Shown one piece after another: positions 1-9,331 of a stretch of 40,735 nt of DNA. Positions within the stretch are counted from its first letter, which is position 1. Every line of letters starts with the position of its first letter. The notes beneath the pieces are model-generated. The model had not been told where the DNA came from, did not search any database, and saw only the letters and a program-made list of their open reading frames with translations. A program made the translations under genes and the position numbers. The DNA comes from Chloroflexota bacterium (GTDB lineage Bacteria; Chloroflexota; Limnocylindria; Limnocylindrales; CSP1-4): positions 1 to 40,735 of the forward strand of contig JBDTOF010000116.1 in assembly GCA_039933375.1 (NCBI GenBank), read 5' to 3'.

Positions 1-54
1 GTCGAAGCGCGAGAGGACGATGGCATCGGTGGTGTAGCGACGCGGAGCTGGCAC
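1..54 (-). CDS. possible 5' end of a recO-like DNA repair gene (partial, continues off the left edge)
   Basis: The minus-strand frame from GTG at 54..52 reads VPAPRRYTTDAIVLSRFD. This resembles the conserved RecO N-terminus (R-x-Y-x-x-[ED]-A-I-V-L-R-x-x-D). Only 18 codons are visible. Confidence 0.3.
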   Translation of the reverse strand, partial: MPAPRRYTTDAIVLSRFD

Positions 55-176
55 ATGGTGACGGTAGCACCGGAACCACCCGTCATCCGACGGGTCGCGA
101 CGGACCGATCGTACCGGCCGCAACAGGCTACTCGGACCGCGCACGTTTGTTCGGGTGACGATACACTCGCCGCGAC

Positions 177-1202
177 ATGTCGACGGCCGCCCCCGAACTC
201 GATCTTGCCACGCTCATCGCGGACACGGAGGAGGAGATCCTCCGTCTCTTCCGCGATAGAGATCCGTCGACCGTGGGCGTCTACGAGCAAGCGCGCTACC
301 ACCTCGGGCTCGACGGGGAATCAGGGGTGTCCGGCAAGCGCATGCGCCCGCTCCTCGGCCTGCTCGCGTATGCCTCGATCACCGGAGACCACCGGGCCGC
401 CCTGCCGGGTGCTGCCGCCGTGGAACTGGGCCACAACTTCAGCCTGGTTCATGACGATATCGAGGATGGCGACCGGGAACGACGCCATCGCCCCACGCTG
501 TGGAGCCTGCACGGCGTCCCCCAGGCCATCAACACCGGAGACATGCTGTTCAGCCTCAGCCGGATCGCCCTGCACCGGCTGACCGACCTCGGGTTCAGCG
601 ACCACAAGGTGCTCCGATTGATGCGCCTGTACGACCACACCTGCGTCGCCCTGTGCGAGGGCCAGTACATCGACATCTCGACCAGCGAGACGGACGAGGT
701 CATGTCCGTCGAGCTCTACTTCGACATGATCGGCCGCAAGACCGCGGCCCTCATCGCCGCATCGATCGAGGCGGGCGCCCTGCTGGCGACCGATGATGAG
801 CACGTCATCGACCGATACCGGGCGTTCGGCTGGGATCTGGGCCTGGCGTTCCAGATCAACGACGACCTCCTAGGCATCTGGGGCGACGAGCGGGCGACGG
901 GCAAGCAACCGACCGACGTGGCGCGTCGCAAGAAGACGCTGCCGGTGATCTATGCGTTCGAGCATGCCGCTCCGGACGATCGCGCCCGCCTGGCCGAGCT
1001 CTACGCGGAGAACGACCGATCGCCCGCGGGCATCGCCGAGATCGTCTCGATCCTCGAGCGCAGCGGCGCGGAGGTCTACACGCGAACGCAGGCGCGCCTC
1101 CATCGCGACCGTGCACTCGAGGCCCTCGATGCAGCCGGAGTCGTGCTGCCCGAACCACGCGCACGCCTCGAGGAGATCATCATCCGGGTCATCTCCGCCT
1201 GA
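177..1202 (+). CDS. trans-polyprenyl diphosphate synthase (short-chain, GGPP/FPP synthase-like)
   Basis: The 341-aa ORF has both aspartate-rich motifs: LVHDDIEDGDRERRHRPT (DDxxDxxxxRR) and FQINDDLLG (second DDxxD). It is the only convincing plus-strand gene. Confidence 0.9.
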   Translation: MSTAAPELDLATLIADTEEEILRLFRDRDPSTVGVYEQARYHLGLDGESGVSGKRMRPLLGLLAYASITGDHRAALPGAAAVELGHNFSLVHDDIEDGDRERRHRPTLWSLHGVPQAINTGDMLFSLSRIALHRLTDLGFSDHKVLRLMRLYDHTCVALCEGQYIDISTSETDEVMSVELYFDMIGRKTAALIAASIEAGALLATDDEHVIDRYRAFGWDLGLAFQINDDLLGIWGDERATGKQPTDVARRKKTLPVIYAFEHAAPDDRARLAELYAENDRSPAGIAEIVSILERSGAEVYTRTQARLHRDRALEALDAAGVVLPEPRARLEEIIIRVISA

Positions 1203-1208
1203 CCCCTG

Positions 1209-1226
1209 GCCCGCGTCGCAGCGGGC
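1209..1226. terminator. candidate bidirectional hairpin in the convergent gap between the polyprenyl synthase and corC-like genes
   Basis: GCCCGC-gtcgca-GCGGGC forms a 6-bp GC stem with a 6-nt loop in a 50-nt convergent intergenic gap. There is no U-tract, so this is weak. Confidence 0.25.
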
Positions 1227-1252
1227 AGCGGGAGATTGGCGATCGTCCTGGT

Positions 1253-2581
1253 TCAGTCGTCGGCGTCGCCCAGCTCGCCTGTTTGGTGGCGGACGACCAG
1301 GACCTTGCCGACCCGGCGACCATCCGTGGTTTCCACCGTCAGCGTGAGCCCCCCGACCGTGATCTGGTCGCCAGGCTTGGGGACTCCGCCGATCCGGTGA
1401 TAGAGCAGGCCGCCAACGGTGTCGTATTCCTCTTCATCCTCGAACACGAGCGAGATATCGAAGACCTCGCCCAGCTCGTCGACATCAGCCCGGCCGTCGA
1501 CCCGGGCCTCGTTCTCGGACAGGCGCACGACGATCGGCTCCTCGACGTCGTACTCATCCTGGATCTCTCCGACGATCTCCTCGAGCAGGTCCTCGATGGT
1601 CACGATTCCCGCCGTCCCGCCGTACTCGTCGAGGACGATCGCCAGATGGACCTTGCGACGCTGCAGTTCGTGGAGCAGGTCGTCTATGGTCATCGACTCT
1701 GGAACCAGGACGGGTGGCCGGAGGAGGGCCCGCAGGGCTGGCCGTGGGGCAGCGTCGGACTTCAGGTACGGCAGGAGGTCCTTGGCGTACAGAATGCCGA
1801 CGATCTCATCGAGGGACTCCTCGTAGGCCGGGATGCGCGAATGTCCCTCGGCGATAACCAGGTCGATGGCATCCTCGAACGATGCACTCACATGGATCCC
1901 GGCAATCGAGACGCGCGGAACCATGACCTCGTGGACGCGTCGTCCACCGAGCTCGATGACGGCGTTGATCATCTGTTCCTCTTCGGCCTCGAGCACTCCC
2001 TGCTGGCCGCCGCGCTCGACGATCAGCCGCAGCTCCTCGGCCGTGATCGCGGCCTCCGAAGACACCTCCAAGCCGAGGATCCGGGTGATCGCCCGCGTCA
2101 GACCGGTCAGGACCACCACCACGGGGCCCAGGACGCGCGCCAGGAAGTCGATCGGCCGCGACAGGGCCATTGCATATCGCTCCGGGTTCCCAAGGGCCAG
2201 CGTCTTGGGTACGAGTTCGGCGAAGACGATCGTGAACAGGGCCAGGATCACGGTCACGGTGGTCAGGGCGATGATCCCGGCCGTGTCTTCCGGCATCCCG
2301 GTCGTCGCGAGCAGGTTCGCCAGGCCGTCCACGAGATTGAGAGCGGCATACGCCGAGGCAAAGAACCCGATGACGGTCAAGCCGAGCTGGGACACCGCGA
2401 GGAATCGTCCAGGGTCGTCGAGCAGCCGCCGGACGCGCCCAGCACCTGGATTCCCCTCCTCGACCAGTTGATCCACCCGGCTGCGACGAACCGAGACGAG
2501 GGCGATCTCCGCGGCGACGAAGAACCCCTCGAGCAGCGTCAGCCCGATGAGGACGAGGATCTCCGGTATCGGGCTGCTCAT
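1253..2581 (-). CDS. CNNM/DUF21-CBS-CorC_HlyC family transporter-associated protein (hemolysin C / CorC family)
   Basis: The 442-aa ORF has a hydrophobic N-terminal DUF21-like region (EGFFVAAEIALVSVRRSR) and a CBS-pair region. Its C-terminus is the CorC/HlyC type (GGLLYHRIGGVPKPGD). The ATG overlaps the glmU stop (ATGA at 2578-2581). Confidence 0.88.
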   Translation of the reverse strand: MSSPIPEILVLIGLTLLEGFFVAAEIALVSVRRSRVDQLVEEGNPGAGRVRRLLDDPGRFLAVSQLGLTVIGFFASAYAALNLVDGLANLLATTGMPEDTAGIIALTTVTVILALFTIVFAELVPKTLALGNPERYAMALSRPIDFLARVLGPVVVVLTGLTRAITRILGLEVSSEAAITAEELRLIVERGGQQGVLEAEEEQMINAVIELGGRRVHEVMVPRVSIAGIHVSASFEDAIDLVIAEGHSRIPAYEESLDEIVGILYAKDLLPYLKSDAAPRPALRALLRPPVLVPESMTIDDLLHELQRRKVHLAIVLDEYGGTAGIVTIEDLLEEIVGEIQDEYDVEEPIVVRLSENEARVDGRADVDELGEVFDISLVFEDEEEYDTVGGLLYHRIGGVPKPGDQITVGGLTLTVETTDGRRVGKVLVVRHQTGELGDADD

Positions 2582-3993
2582 CCGGAAGCTGGTGGCTCGG
2601 GGGCGACGGTTCGTGGCTCACGGATCCGGGCTGGCACGCCGACGGCGAGCTTGCCGGCAGGAACCGAGCGTGTGACCACGGCGCCGGCCCCCGTCCTTGC
2701 GCCGTCGCCGATCTCGACCGGCGCCACGAGCATCGTGTCGACACCCAGGAACGCGTTCCGGCCGATCGTTGTCCGGTTCTTGGTCCGACCATCCCAGTTG
2801 GCCGTGATCGTACCGGCACCGACGTTCGTGCCTTCGCCAAGGTCGGCGTCGCCGAGATAACTGACGTGGTGCTGCTTGACACCGGCCCCGAGGGTGGCGT
2901 TCTTCAGTTCCGCGAAGTTGCCGATCTCCGCCCCCGTTCCGACACGGGTACCCGGCCGGAGATGGCTGAACGGCCCGATCGATGCGCGGTCTTCGATCGT
3001 CGAACGCTCGACAACGCTGGCCCAGACGACGCAGTCGCTGCCGATGGTCGAATCGAGGATCGTCGTATCCGGACCGATCGTGGTCCCTGGTCCGATCGTG
3101 GTCATGCCACGCAGGATGACGTTCGGCTCAAGGATGACATCCGCGGCCAGCGAGACACCGAAGTCGACGTACGCCGTGGACGGATCCCGCATCGTGACCC
3201 CGGCCTGCATGTGTGCCTCGTTCAGGCGAACGCGAAGCGCCCACTCGGCCTGCGCAAGCTGGGTTCGATCATTGATCCCGTCAAACGTGCCGTCATCGTC
3301 GAAACCGACCGCGCTGACGATCCGGCCGTCCTCGCGAGCCAGGCGGGCGAGTTCCGTCAGGTACAGCTCGCCGGTCGCTGCCGATGGCTCGATCGCGTCG
3401 ATCCGGCGCCGGAGCCAGGCCGCGTCGAAGGCATACGCACCGGCGTTGACCTCGTTCGTTTCGAGCTCCTCGGCCGAGGCGTCCCTGACCTCCACGATCC
3501 GGTCAACGGTCCCGAACTCACTCCTGACGACCCGCCCGAGATTACCGGGATCGGCCGCGAAGACGCTCGCGAGCGCGATCGCGGCATCGTCGAGGCGGCG
3601 CTGCTCCAGCACCGCCTTCAGGTGCAGTCCTGTGACCAGGGGCACGTCGCCAGAAAGCACGAGGATCTCCGTCGCATCGTCGGGGACCGCGGCGAGGGCC
3701 GCGCGAACCGCGTCCGCAGTACCGCGTGGGGTGTCCTGCAGCGCGAAGGTCGGCTCGTGCGGCAGGGCTGCGTCCCGAACCTCGCTCGTGGGGGGCGAGT
3801 AGACGACGACCGGTGCCGGAAGCGCGGACTCATCGTCGATGTCGGCCCAGGCGTCGAGGACGTAGGCCAGCATCGGGCGACCGCACAGCGGGTGGAGAAC
3901 CTTTGGCGTGCTCGAGCGCATCCGGGTGCCGAGCCCTGCAGCCAGAACGACGGCGACGGTGCGCCCGGTCGAGGCCGATGGTTGAGGCGTCAT
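2578..3993 (-). CDS. glmU: bifunctional UDP-N-acetylglucosamine pyrophosphorylase / glucosamine-1-phosphate N-acetyltransferase
   Basis: The 471-aa ORF has the N-terminal nucleotidyltransferase motif VLAAGLGTRMRSSTPKVLHPLCGRPML. Its C-terminal half is a left-handed beta-helix with hexapeptide repeats. Confidence 0.93.
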   Translation of the reverse strand: MTPQPSASTGRTVAVVLAAGLGTRMRSSTPKVLHPLCGRPMLAYVLDAWADIDDESALPAPVVVYSPPTSEVRDAALPHEPTFALQDTPRGTADAVRAALAAVPDDATEILVLSGDVPLVTGLHLKAVLEQRRLDDAAIALASVFAADPGNLGRVVRSEFGTVDRIVEVRDASAEELETNEVNAGAYAFDAAWLRRRIDAIEPSAATGELYLTELARLAREDGRIVSAVGFDDDGTFDGINDRTQLAQAEWALRVRLNEAHMQAGVTMRDPSTAYVDFGVSLAADVILEPNVILRGMTTIGPGTTIGPDTTILDSTIGSDCVVWASVVERSTIEDRASIGPFSHLRPGTRVGTGAEIGNFAELKNATLGAGVKQHHVSYLGDADLGEGTNVGAGTITANWDGRTKNRTTIGRNAFLGVDTMLVAPVEIGDGARTGAGAVVTRSVPAGKLAVGVPARIREPRTVAPEPPASG

Positions 3994-4059
3994 GAGTAGG
4001 TGGCGGTAGCGTATGGGCGCGCCGGCGCGAGTGTCAATCGAGGCTCTCTCGCTCGTTGG

Positions 4060-4470
4060 TCAGGCATTCCGGCGGGCGATCGCCTCGATCTCGATCCGGG
4101 CGCCCTTCGGGAGCGCGCCCACAGCGAACGTTGAGCGGGCAGGCGCCGGGTCGACAACGTGCGTCGCATAGATCGCGTTGACCGCGCCAAAGTCATTGAT
4201 GTCGGCCAGAAAGATGGTCGTCTTGACCACATCCGCGAACGAACAGCCTGCCGCATCCAGCACCGCTGCCATGTTCCGAAGGGCACGCTCGGCCTGCGCC
4301 TCGACGCCGACGGCAAGCTCACCGGTCGCCGGGTCAAGACCGAGCTGCCCGGCACAGAAGACGAGATCTCCACTGATGATCGCCTGGCTGTACGGCCCCA
4401 GTGCGGCGGGCGCTCCCTTGGTCGAGATGGCCTGTCGGTTCACGGACTTGTCTCCTCGTGTAGCGGTCAC
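4060..4470 (-). CDS. ridA: RidA/YjgF/TdcF family reactive-intermediate (enamine/imine) deaminase
   Basis: The 136-aa ORF carries family-typical segments APAALGPYSQAI, VFCAGQLGLDP and ARIEIEAIA. Its ATG overlaps the ispE stop (ATGA). Confidence 0.9.
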   Translation of the reverse strand: MTATRGDKSVNRQAISTKGAPAALGPYSQAIISGDLVFCAGQLGLDPATGELAVGVEAQAERALRNMAAVLDAAGCSFADVVKTTIFLADINDFGAVNAIYATHVVDPAPARSTFAVGALPKGARIEIEAIARRNA

Positions 4471-5513
4471 CTCGGCGACCGCTCGTTCTCGGTCTCGGTT
4501 GCTGTGATCTGCATGGCGGCCCGGCCGATCGTCGTCGCGACGACGGACGGACGCCCCTCGCCCGGTGCAACGATTGAACCGTCACCCAGGGCCACGAGCA
4601 CGGACACCGCGGCTGATGCCGCCTCGGCCTCTGAAGCATAGAGGACCCAGAGCGTCGGCCCGGACCCGGACAGGCCGACCGGGCGGCTGAGACGGCGAAC
4701 GAGTCCGCGACGCAGGCTCCGGAGGCCCGGGACGACGACATCGGCCGCTCCGGCCAGATCATTCGCGCTCGCAAGCACCCCAGCGCGCGCAAGAAGAGCA
4801 TCAGCGCGAAGACCGGCGCGCCACTCGCCGGCCAGGTGCTCCGAGGCTGCCCGCGTGCTACCCGGATCGCTGGGCGCGCCCGCGCCGCCGAGGTCGAGCG
4901 TCGCGAAGACCCGGGCCGTCGGGGCCGGCACGCCCGCTGTCACGAGCAGCACGCCAGGCGGCTTCCCTCGCAGTCCCGGCAGCGGCTCCACGCCGTCGCC
5001 CGAACCCGTCACGACGGCCGCCGGGCCGGCCAGGAAGAATGGGACGTCCGATCCGAGCTGGACCGCCACGCGATGCCGCAGTGTCGCCAGTTCAGCCGGC
5101 TCGAGGACCAGGTCGGCGCCCCACGCGACCAGGGCGGCGTCGAGAGCGCCCGACGCATCGCTGCTGCCACCCGCGAGCCCCGCGGCGACCGGGATGTGCT
5201 TCTCGAGGCGCGTGGCCAGCGGAAACGCATCCACCGAGCGGCCCACGGCGGTTCGCGTTGCCGCGATGGCGCGCAGGACGAGATTGTCCGCGACCGAGCC
5301 GGCGTCGAACCCGGTGACCTTCAGGGTGTCTTCGGCGCCCTGTGCATGAGCGACGCTCAAGCGGTCGGCCAGCTCCAGCGGGGTCATGATCGAGTGGAGG
5401 TCGTGGAACCCATCCGGACGGCGGCCGAGGATGGCCAGCGACAGGTTCAACTTCGCCGGCGCGAGGCGGACGACTGGTGACAGCCGGCGATCCGCCGGGA
5501 TGCCGCTATCCAC
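4467..5513 (-). CDS. ispE: 4-diphosphocytidyl-2-C-methyl-D-erythritol kinase
   Basis: It has the GHMP kinase motif IPVAAGLAGGSSDA and the N-terminal APAKLNLSLAILGRRPDGFHDL. The ORF-track N-terminus overlaps rsmA. I place the start at the in-frame GTG at 5513 (V73 of the listed ORF), but the exact start is uncertain. Confidence 0.85.
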   Translation of the reverse strand: MDSGIPADRRLSPVVRLAPAKLNLSLAILGRRPDGFHDLHSIMTPLELADRLSVAHAQGAEDTLKVTGFDAGSVADNLVLRAIAATRTAVGRSVDAFPLATRLEKHIPVAAGLAGGSSDASGALDAALVAWGADLVLEPAELATLRHRVAVQLGSDVPFFLAGPAAVVTGSGDGVEPLPGLRGKPPGVLLVTAGVPAPTARVFATLDLGGAGAPSDPGSTRAASEHLAGEWRAGLRADALLARAGVLASANDLAGAADVVVPGLRSLRRGLVRRLSRPVGLSGSGPTLWVLYASEAEAASAAVSVLVALGDGSIVAPGEGRPSVVATTIGRAAMQITATETENERSPR

Positions 5514-6441
5514 GGGTATCGCCCAGTGCGCCGGACAGCGCGATCCACTCCGCCACCGACAGCGTCTGCGGGCGTCGATCGCCGCTGATCCCGACGAGCG
5601 CCAAGGCCTGATCCACCCGGGCCTGGCCCACCTCGAGCTGCCGGCCAAGCACGTTCCGGAGCATCTTCCGCCGCTCGCGAAAGCCAGATTGAACGAGTGC
5701 CCACAACGCGTCCTCGTCCGCGGGCGCAACTGATGGCCGGTCCGGTACGAAGTCCGGCGACGCGCCTCTCGACTGGTACGGCTCCAGCACGATCACGGCA
5801 GACACGACGCTCGGGGCCGGTTCGAAGGCGGCGGCCGGCACGCGACAGGCGATCCGGACGGCGGCGTGGTACTGGACGAAGACGGACAGGTAGCTCATCC
5901 GACCGGGTGGGGCGGCGATGCGCTCGGCAACCTCCCACTGGACCATGAGGACCATTCGGGTGGGTCGCGGCGGCGCATCGAGGAGGCGATGCAGGACCGG
6001 ACTGGTGATGTGATATGGAAGATTGGCGACCACGGTGAACGGCCCGGGAACGAGTGACGGCAGGTCCTGATCCAGGGCATCGCCCTCGATCAGCGTCAGG
6101 GCGCCTGACGCACCTGGATCGGCTGTACCACGCGAAACTGCATCGGAGAGACGCTTTCGGACCAGACCGGCGAGGCGAAAATCCAGCTCGACGGCGATCA
6201 CCGCGGCGCCGGCGTCCAACAGGCCTCCGGTCAGAATTCCGAGCCCGGGCCCGATTTCGAGAACGCGATCGCCGGGTTTGACGGCGGCCTCCGCGAGGAT
6301 CGTCTCAAGCACGTCCGGATCTGCCAGGAAGTTCTGGGACAGTGAGTGCCGGGCGCGGAGCCCTTCATCGCGCAGCAGGCGACGGACCGCCAGCGGGTCG
6401 AGGGTCGGTCCACAGCCGCGCGACGCCGGCGCTTCGCTCAC
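5506..6441 (-). CDS. rsmA: 16S rRNA (adenine1518/1519-N6)-dimethyltransferase
   Basis: It has LSQNFLADPDVL and the SAM motif VLEIGPGLGILT. The start is trimmed to the GTG at 6441, which forms a GTGA overlap with the tsaD stop. Confidence 0.88.
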   Translation of the reverse strand: MSEAPASRGCGPTLDPLAVRRLLRDEGLRARHSLSQNFLADPDVLETILAEAAVKPGDRVLEIGPGLGILTGGLLDAGAAVIAVELDFRLAGLVRKRLSDAVSRGTADPGASGALTLIEGDALDQDLPSLVPGPFTVVANLPYHITSPVLHRLLDAPPRPTRMVLMVQWEVAERIAAPPGRMSYLSVFVQYHAAVRIACRVPAAAFEPAPSVVSAVIVLEPYQSRGASPDFVPDRPSVAPADEDALWALVQSGFRERRKMLRNVLGRQLEVGQARVDQALALVGISGDRRPQTLSVAEWIALSGALGDTRG

Positions 6442-7499
6442 CGTGGGGCCCACGGCAACGACGGCCGTGCATCGAGGTCGAGTCCGGCCCGCTCGCCCGC
6501 CGCGTAGCGCCGGGCGCCCGCCGCGCCGATCATCGCGCCGTTGTCGGTGCACAGGCCCGCTCGCGGGATGATGACCGGAATGGCGAGTTCCTCCGCTTCC
6601 CCGATGAGGCGTTTGCGCAGAACGCCGTTCGCCGCCACTCCCCCACCGAGGACGATGCAGCGCGCCCCGGCCGCCTTCGCGGCCCGGATCGTCTTCGCCA
6701 CCAGGACGTCCGTCACGGAGTCCTGGAAGCCCCAGGCGAACTCGGCGATCGTGGCCGCCGGCAATCGCTCGGCTGGGTCATTCCCGAGGCCCTCATCCTG
6801 ACGGGCCGCATCGATGATCCGCCGCGCTGCCGTCTTGAGGCCCGAAAAGCTGAAATCGAGCGAGTCACCCATCCAAGCCCGCGGGAAGACGGCGTCGCGG
6901 CGAGAGGCGCCTTCGGCGGCTCGCTGGATCGCCGGTCCACCTGGATACTCGAGCCCGAGGAGCCGGCCGACCTTGTCGAACGCCTCGCCCGCGGCATCGT
7001 CCACGGTCCCACCGAGGAATCGATAGTCGAGGTGGTCGCGCATCTCGACCAGGAACGTGTGACCGCCCGACACGATGAGCGCCACCAGCGGGAAGATCGG
7101 CTCGGCCGTGTCCTCGCCTGCGTCGAGAAGCCAGCTCGCGTACAGGTGACCCTCGAGGTGATTGACCCCCACCAGCGGACGATCGTGGATCCAGGCCAGG
7201 GTCTTGCCGACGTTGATCCCCACGAGCAGGGATCCGGCCAGGCCAGGGCCATAGGTCACGGCGACCGCGTCCACGTCGGGCATGCTCACTCCGGCCGAGC
7301 CGAGGGCTTCGTCGAGCACGGGCAGGATCCAGCGAAGATGCGCACGAGCCGCCACCTCCGGCACGATCCCACCGGTCGCGGCGTGCATCGCCACCTGACT
7401 GGCAACCACGTTGGCATGGATCTGCCGGCCGCCTTCGACGAGGGCGACACCGGTCTCGTCACAGGACGATTCGATCGCCAGGATCAGCGGGCCGCTCAT
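6438..7499 (-). CDS. tsaD: tRNA N6-adenosine threonylcarbamoyltransferase (Kae1/Gcp family)
   Basis: It has ILAIESSCDETGVALV and the metal-binding motif VNHLEGHLYA. The start is trimmed to the ATG at 7499, which overlaps the rimI stop (ATGA). Confidence 0.93.
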   Translation of the reverse strand: MSGPLILAIESSCDETGVALVEGGRQIHANVVASQVAMHAATGGIVPEVAARAHLRWILPVLDEALGSAGVSMPDVDAVAVTYGPGLAGSLLVGINVGKTLAWIHDRPLVGVNHLEGHLYASWLLDAGEDTAEPIFPLVALIVSGGHTFLVEMRDHLDYRFLGGTVDDAAGEAFDKVGRLLGLEYPGGPAIQRAAEGASRRDAVFPRAWMGDSLDFSFSGLKTAARRIIDAARQDEGLGNDPAERLPAATIAEFAWGFQDSVTDVLVAKTIRAAKAAGARCIVLGGGVAANGVLRKRLIGEAEELAIPVIIPRAGLCTDNGAMIGAAGARRYAAGERAGLDLDARPSLPWAPR

Positions 7500-8062
7500 C
7501 GCGGAGCCCCGTGGGAGGCATCGAGCGCTGCGACCGTGATCGTCGGACCTTCGGGCGCAGGCGATGCGGCCAAAGCCGCGCGCCACCGTGCGATGAGCTC
7601 GGTCATCTCCGGATCCCGGAGCGGCGGCGTCGTCATGATCAGGGCGTCCTCCCCGTTGTCCGAGTAGTACCGCGTTCGCAGGCCAGCCGGCCGGAACCCG
7701 TACTTCTCGTACAGCCGGCGCGCTGGCAGGTTGGACAGGCGAACCTCCAGGGTGGCCTCACGGGCGTGGCGAGCGATGGCCACGTCGAGGAGAGCCACCA
7801 GCAGAGTCTCGCCGACCCGCTGGCGGCGCCACGCGGGATCCACCGCGAACGTCGTCACGTGGGCCTCGTCGACCATCAGCCAGATGCCGCCATAGGCGAC
7901 CACGGATCCCGAGGCCCTGACCACCAGGTACGTGGCCAGGCGGTTGGTCGCCAGCTCACTCCGATACGCCTCGTCGGGCCAGGGGACGCTGAAGCTGGCC
8001 CGCTCGATCCGATGGACCTCGGGCAGATCTGCTTCGGACATGGGTTCGATCCGGAGAATCAT
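7496..8062 (-). CDS. rimI: ribosomal-protein-alanine N-acetyltransferase (GNAT)
   Basis: It has a GNAT fold signature (VDPAWRRQRVGETLL, YEKYGF) and sits between tsaB and tsaD as in the conserved t6A cluster. The start is trimmed to the ATG at 8062 (ATGA overlap with the tsaB stop). Confidence 0.85.
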   Translation of the reverse strand: MILRIEPMSEADLPEVHRIERASFSVPWPDEAYRSELATNRLATYLVVRASGSVVAYGGIWLMVDEAHVTTFAVDPAWRRQRVGETLLVALLDVAIARHAREATLEVRLSNLPARRLYEKYGFRPAGLRTRYYSDNGEDALIMTTPPLRDPEMTELIARWRAALAASPAPEGPTITVAALDASHGAPR

Positions 8063-8763
8063 CGTGGATCGGTCGTCCATTCGATCGAGCCACTCGACGC
8101 GCTGATCCCGCGCGGCAGGGTCACGTAGTCCGGGACGAGCTGCTCGGCATCGTCGAGCTGGCCCGAGCGCAGCCTCGCAGAACCGAGCTGGAGCAGCGCC
8201 GCGCAAAGTCCGTCCCGAGCCGCCGCGCCCCGCGCGACCGCGTCGTCGGGCGCCCGGTCTTCCAGATCAACCGCCACGAGGGTCGTGGCTGGATCGGCCT
8301 CGATGGCGGTACCGCTCGGCAGCCTTCGAGGTGGCGCCCCAGCTCGAACGATGACCTGGTCGCGCGGGCCGGCCGGAAGCAGAAGCGTCAGATCCAGCGG
8401 CGCGTCTTCGCTCCCCGTGGAGCCGGCCGCCAGCAGGAGCGCTTCGGCCGTGCTCACACCAACGATCGGGAGGCCCAGGGCGTGGGCCAGTGTCTTGGCC
8501 GTGGCAAGGCCGACACGCAGTCCCGTGAAGGCGCCTGGACCAGTCCCCACCACGAGGCCCGCCAGCTCATCTCGTCGCAGCCCCGCGTCGGCCATGAGGG
8601 ACTGCACCTCGTCGAGGAGCAGCTCGCCATGGCGGAAACCAGCTGGGCGGCTCCGCTCGAGGATGATCCTGCCGTCGAGGCGACCAGCTCCCACCACGAT
8701 CTGCGACGTCGCGGTATCAAGTGCGAGGATCCAGGGTTCGCCTGCCCCGCCCGGGGTGGTCAT
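8059..8763 (-). CDS. tsaB: tRNA threonylcarbamoyladenosine biosynthesis protein TsaB (YeaZ family)
   Basis: It has ILALDTATSQIVVGAG and VVGTGPGAFTGLRVGLATAKTLA. The start is trimmed to the ATG at 8763 (ATGA overlap with the tsaE stop). Confidence 0.88.
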   Translation of the reverse strand: MTTPGGAGEPWILALDTATSQIVVGAGRLDGRIILERSRPAGFRHGELLLDEVQSLMADAGLRRDELAGLVVGTGPGAFTGLRVGLATAKTLAHALGLPIVGVSTAEALLLAAGSTGSEDAPLDLTLLLPAGPRDQVIVRAGAPPRRLPSGTAIEADPATTLVAVDLEDRAPDDAVARGAAARDGLCAALLQLGSARLRSGQLDDAEQLVPDYVTLPRGISASSGSIEWTTDPR

Positions 8764-9257
8764 CCGCGCTCGGTCCCGGTTGCGGCCGCGATGTAGCGGG
8801 CAAATCCCGTCGAGCCAGGGCCGAGAACGATCCGCCGTTCGTCGTCCCCGGTTGCCTCGATCCTGATATCCAGGCGCTCGGCCGGCAGTGCCGACCCCAG
8901 TCGATCGGGCCACTCGACCAGCGTGACGCCGGCAGCCTGCCGCTCGTCGACCAGACCTCCGGCCAGGGCATCTTCCGCGCCAGCAAGGCGATAGAGGTCC
9001 AGGTGGAACAGCGGCAGGCGGCCCTGGTATTCCGCCATCAGGACGAATGACGGCGAGCTGATCGTTTCGATCACGCCCAGCCCTGCCCCAAAGCCCTTGG
9101 CGAAGACGGTCTTTCCCGCGCCGAGATCACCCCACAGGCAGAGGAGGTCGCCGGGTTCCGCCACGGATGCCAGGGCGGCAGCCAATCCGAGTGTGTCGAC
9201 TGGAGATGCCGAACGCAGGGTCAAGCCGTCGCCTGCGACCCCGGGAAGATGTGCCAT
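8760..9257 (-). CDS. tsaE: tRNA threonylcarbamoyladenosine biosynthesis ATPase TsaE (YjeE family)
   Basis: It has the Walker A motif LWGDLGAGKTVFAKGF, plus SPSFVLMAEY and HLDLYRL. The start is trimmed to the internal ATG at 9257, because upstream ORF-track residues run through the intergenic repeat. Confidence 0.88.
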   Translation of the reverse strand: MAHLPGVAGDGLTLRSASPVDTLGLAAALASVAEPGDLLCLWGDLGAGKTVFAKGFGAGLGVIETISSPSFVLMAEYQGRLPLFHLDLYRLAGAEDALAGGLVDERQAAGVTLVEWPDRLGSALPAERLDIRIEATGDDERRIVLGPGSTGFARYIAAATGTERG

Positions 9258-9290
9258 CGACCGAGCGTACCGGAAGGGCGTGGCACCTGC

Positions 9291-9331
9291 GCGCGGGGCG
9301 CGCCGTTGGCGCGGGGCGCGCCGTTGGCGCG
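9291..9331. repeat. tandem 18-bp direct repeat (2 full copies plus a partial one), each containing the palindrome GGCGCGCC
   Basis: gcgcggggcgcgccgttg occurs at 9291-9308 and again at 9309-9326, followed by gcgcg. It lies in the 76-nt gap between the 336-aa ORF stop (9334) and the tsaE start (9257). On the mRNA strand it can fold as two adjacent GC hairpins (GCGCGCC-AAC-GGCGCGC). Confidence 0.85.

Noticed and set aside
55-582. A 175-aa plus-strand ORF upstream of and overlapping the polyprenyl synthase gene.
   Set aside because: It is out of frame with the motif-bearing 177-1202 ORF and its translation is low complexity. The 55-176 region is more likely a divergent promoter region between the possible recO start and the synthase gene.
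6438-7586. Long N-terminal extensions in the ORF track for tsaD, and likewise for rimI, tsaB, tsaE, ispE, rsmA, cdaA, truA, rplQ, rplB, rplC, rplE and rpmD.
   Set aside because: The extra residues overlap the preceding gene and are Arg/Pro/Gly-rich. In each case an internal ATG or GTG sits exactly at or next to the upstream stop codon and gives the family-typical N-terminus. The trimmed coordinates are used instead.
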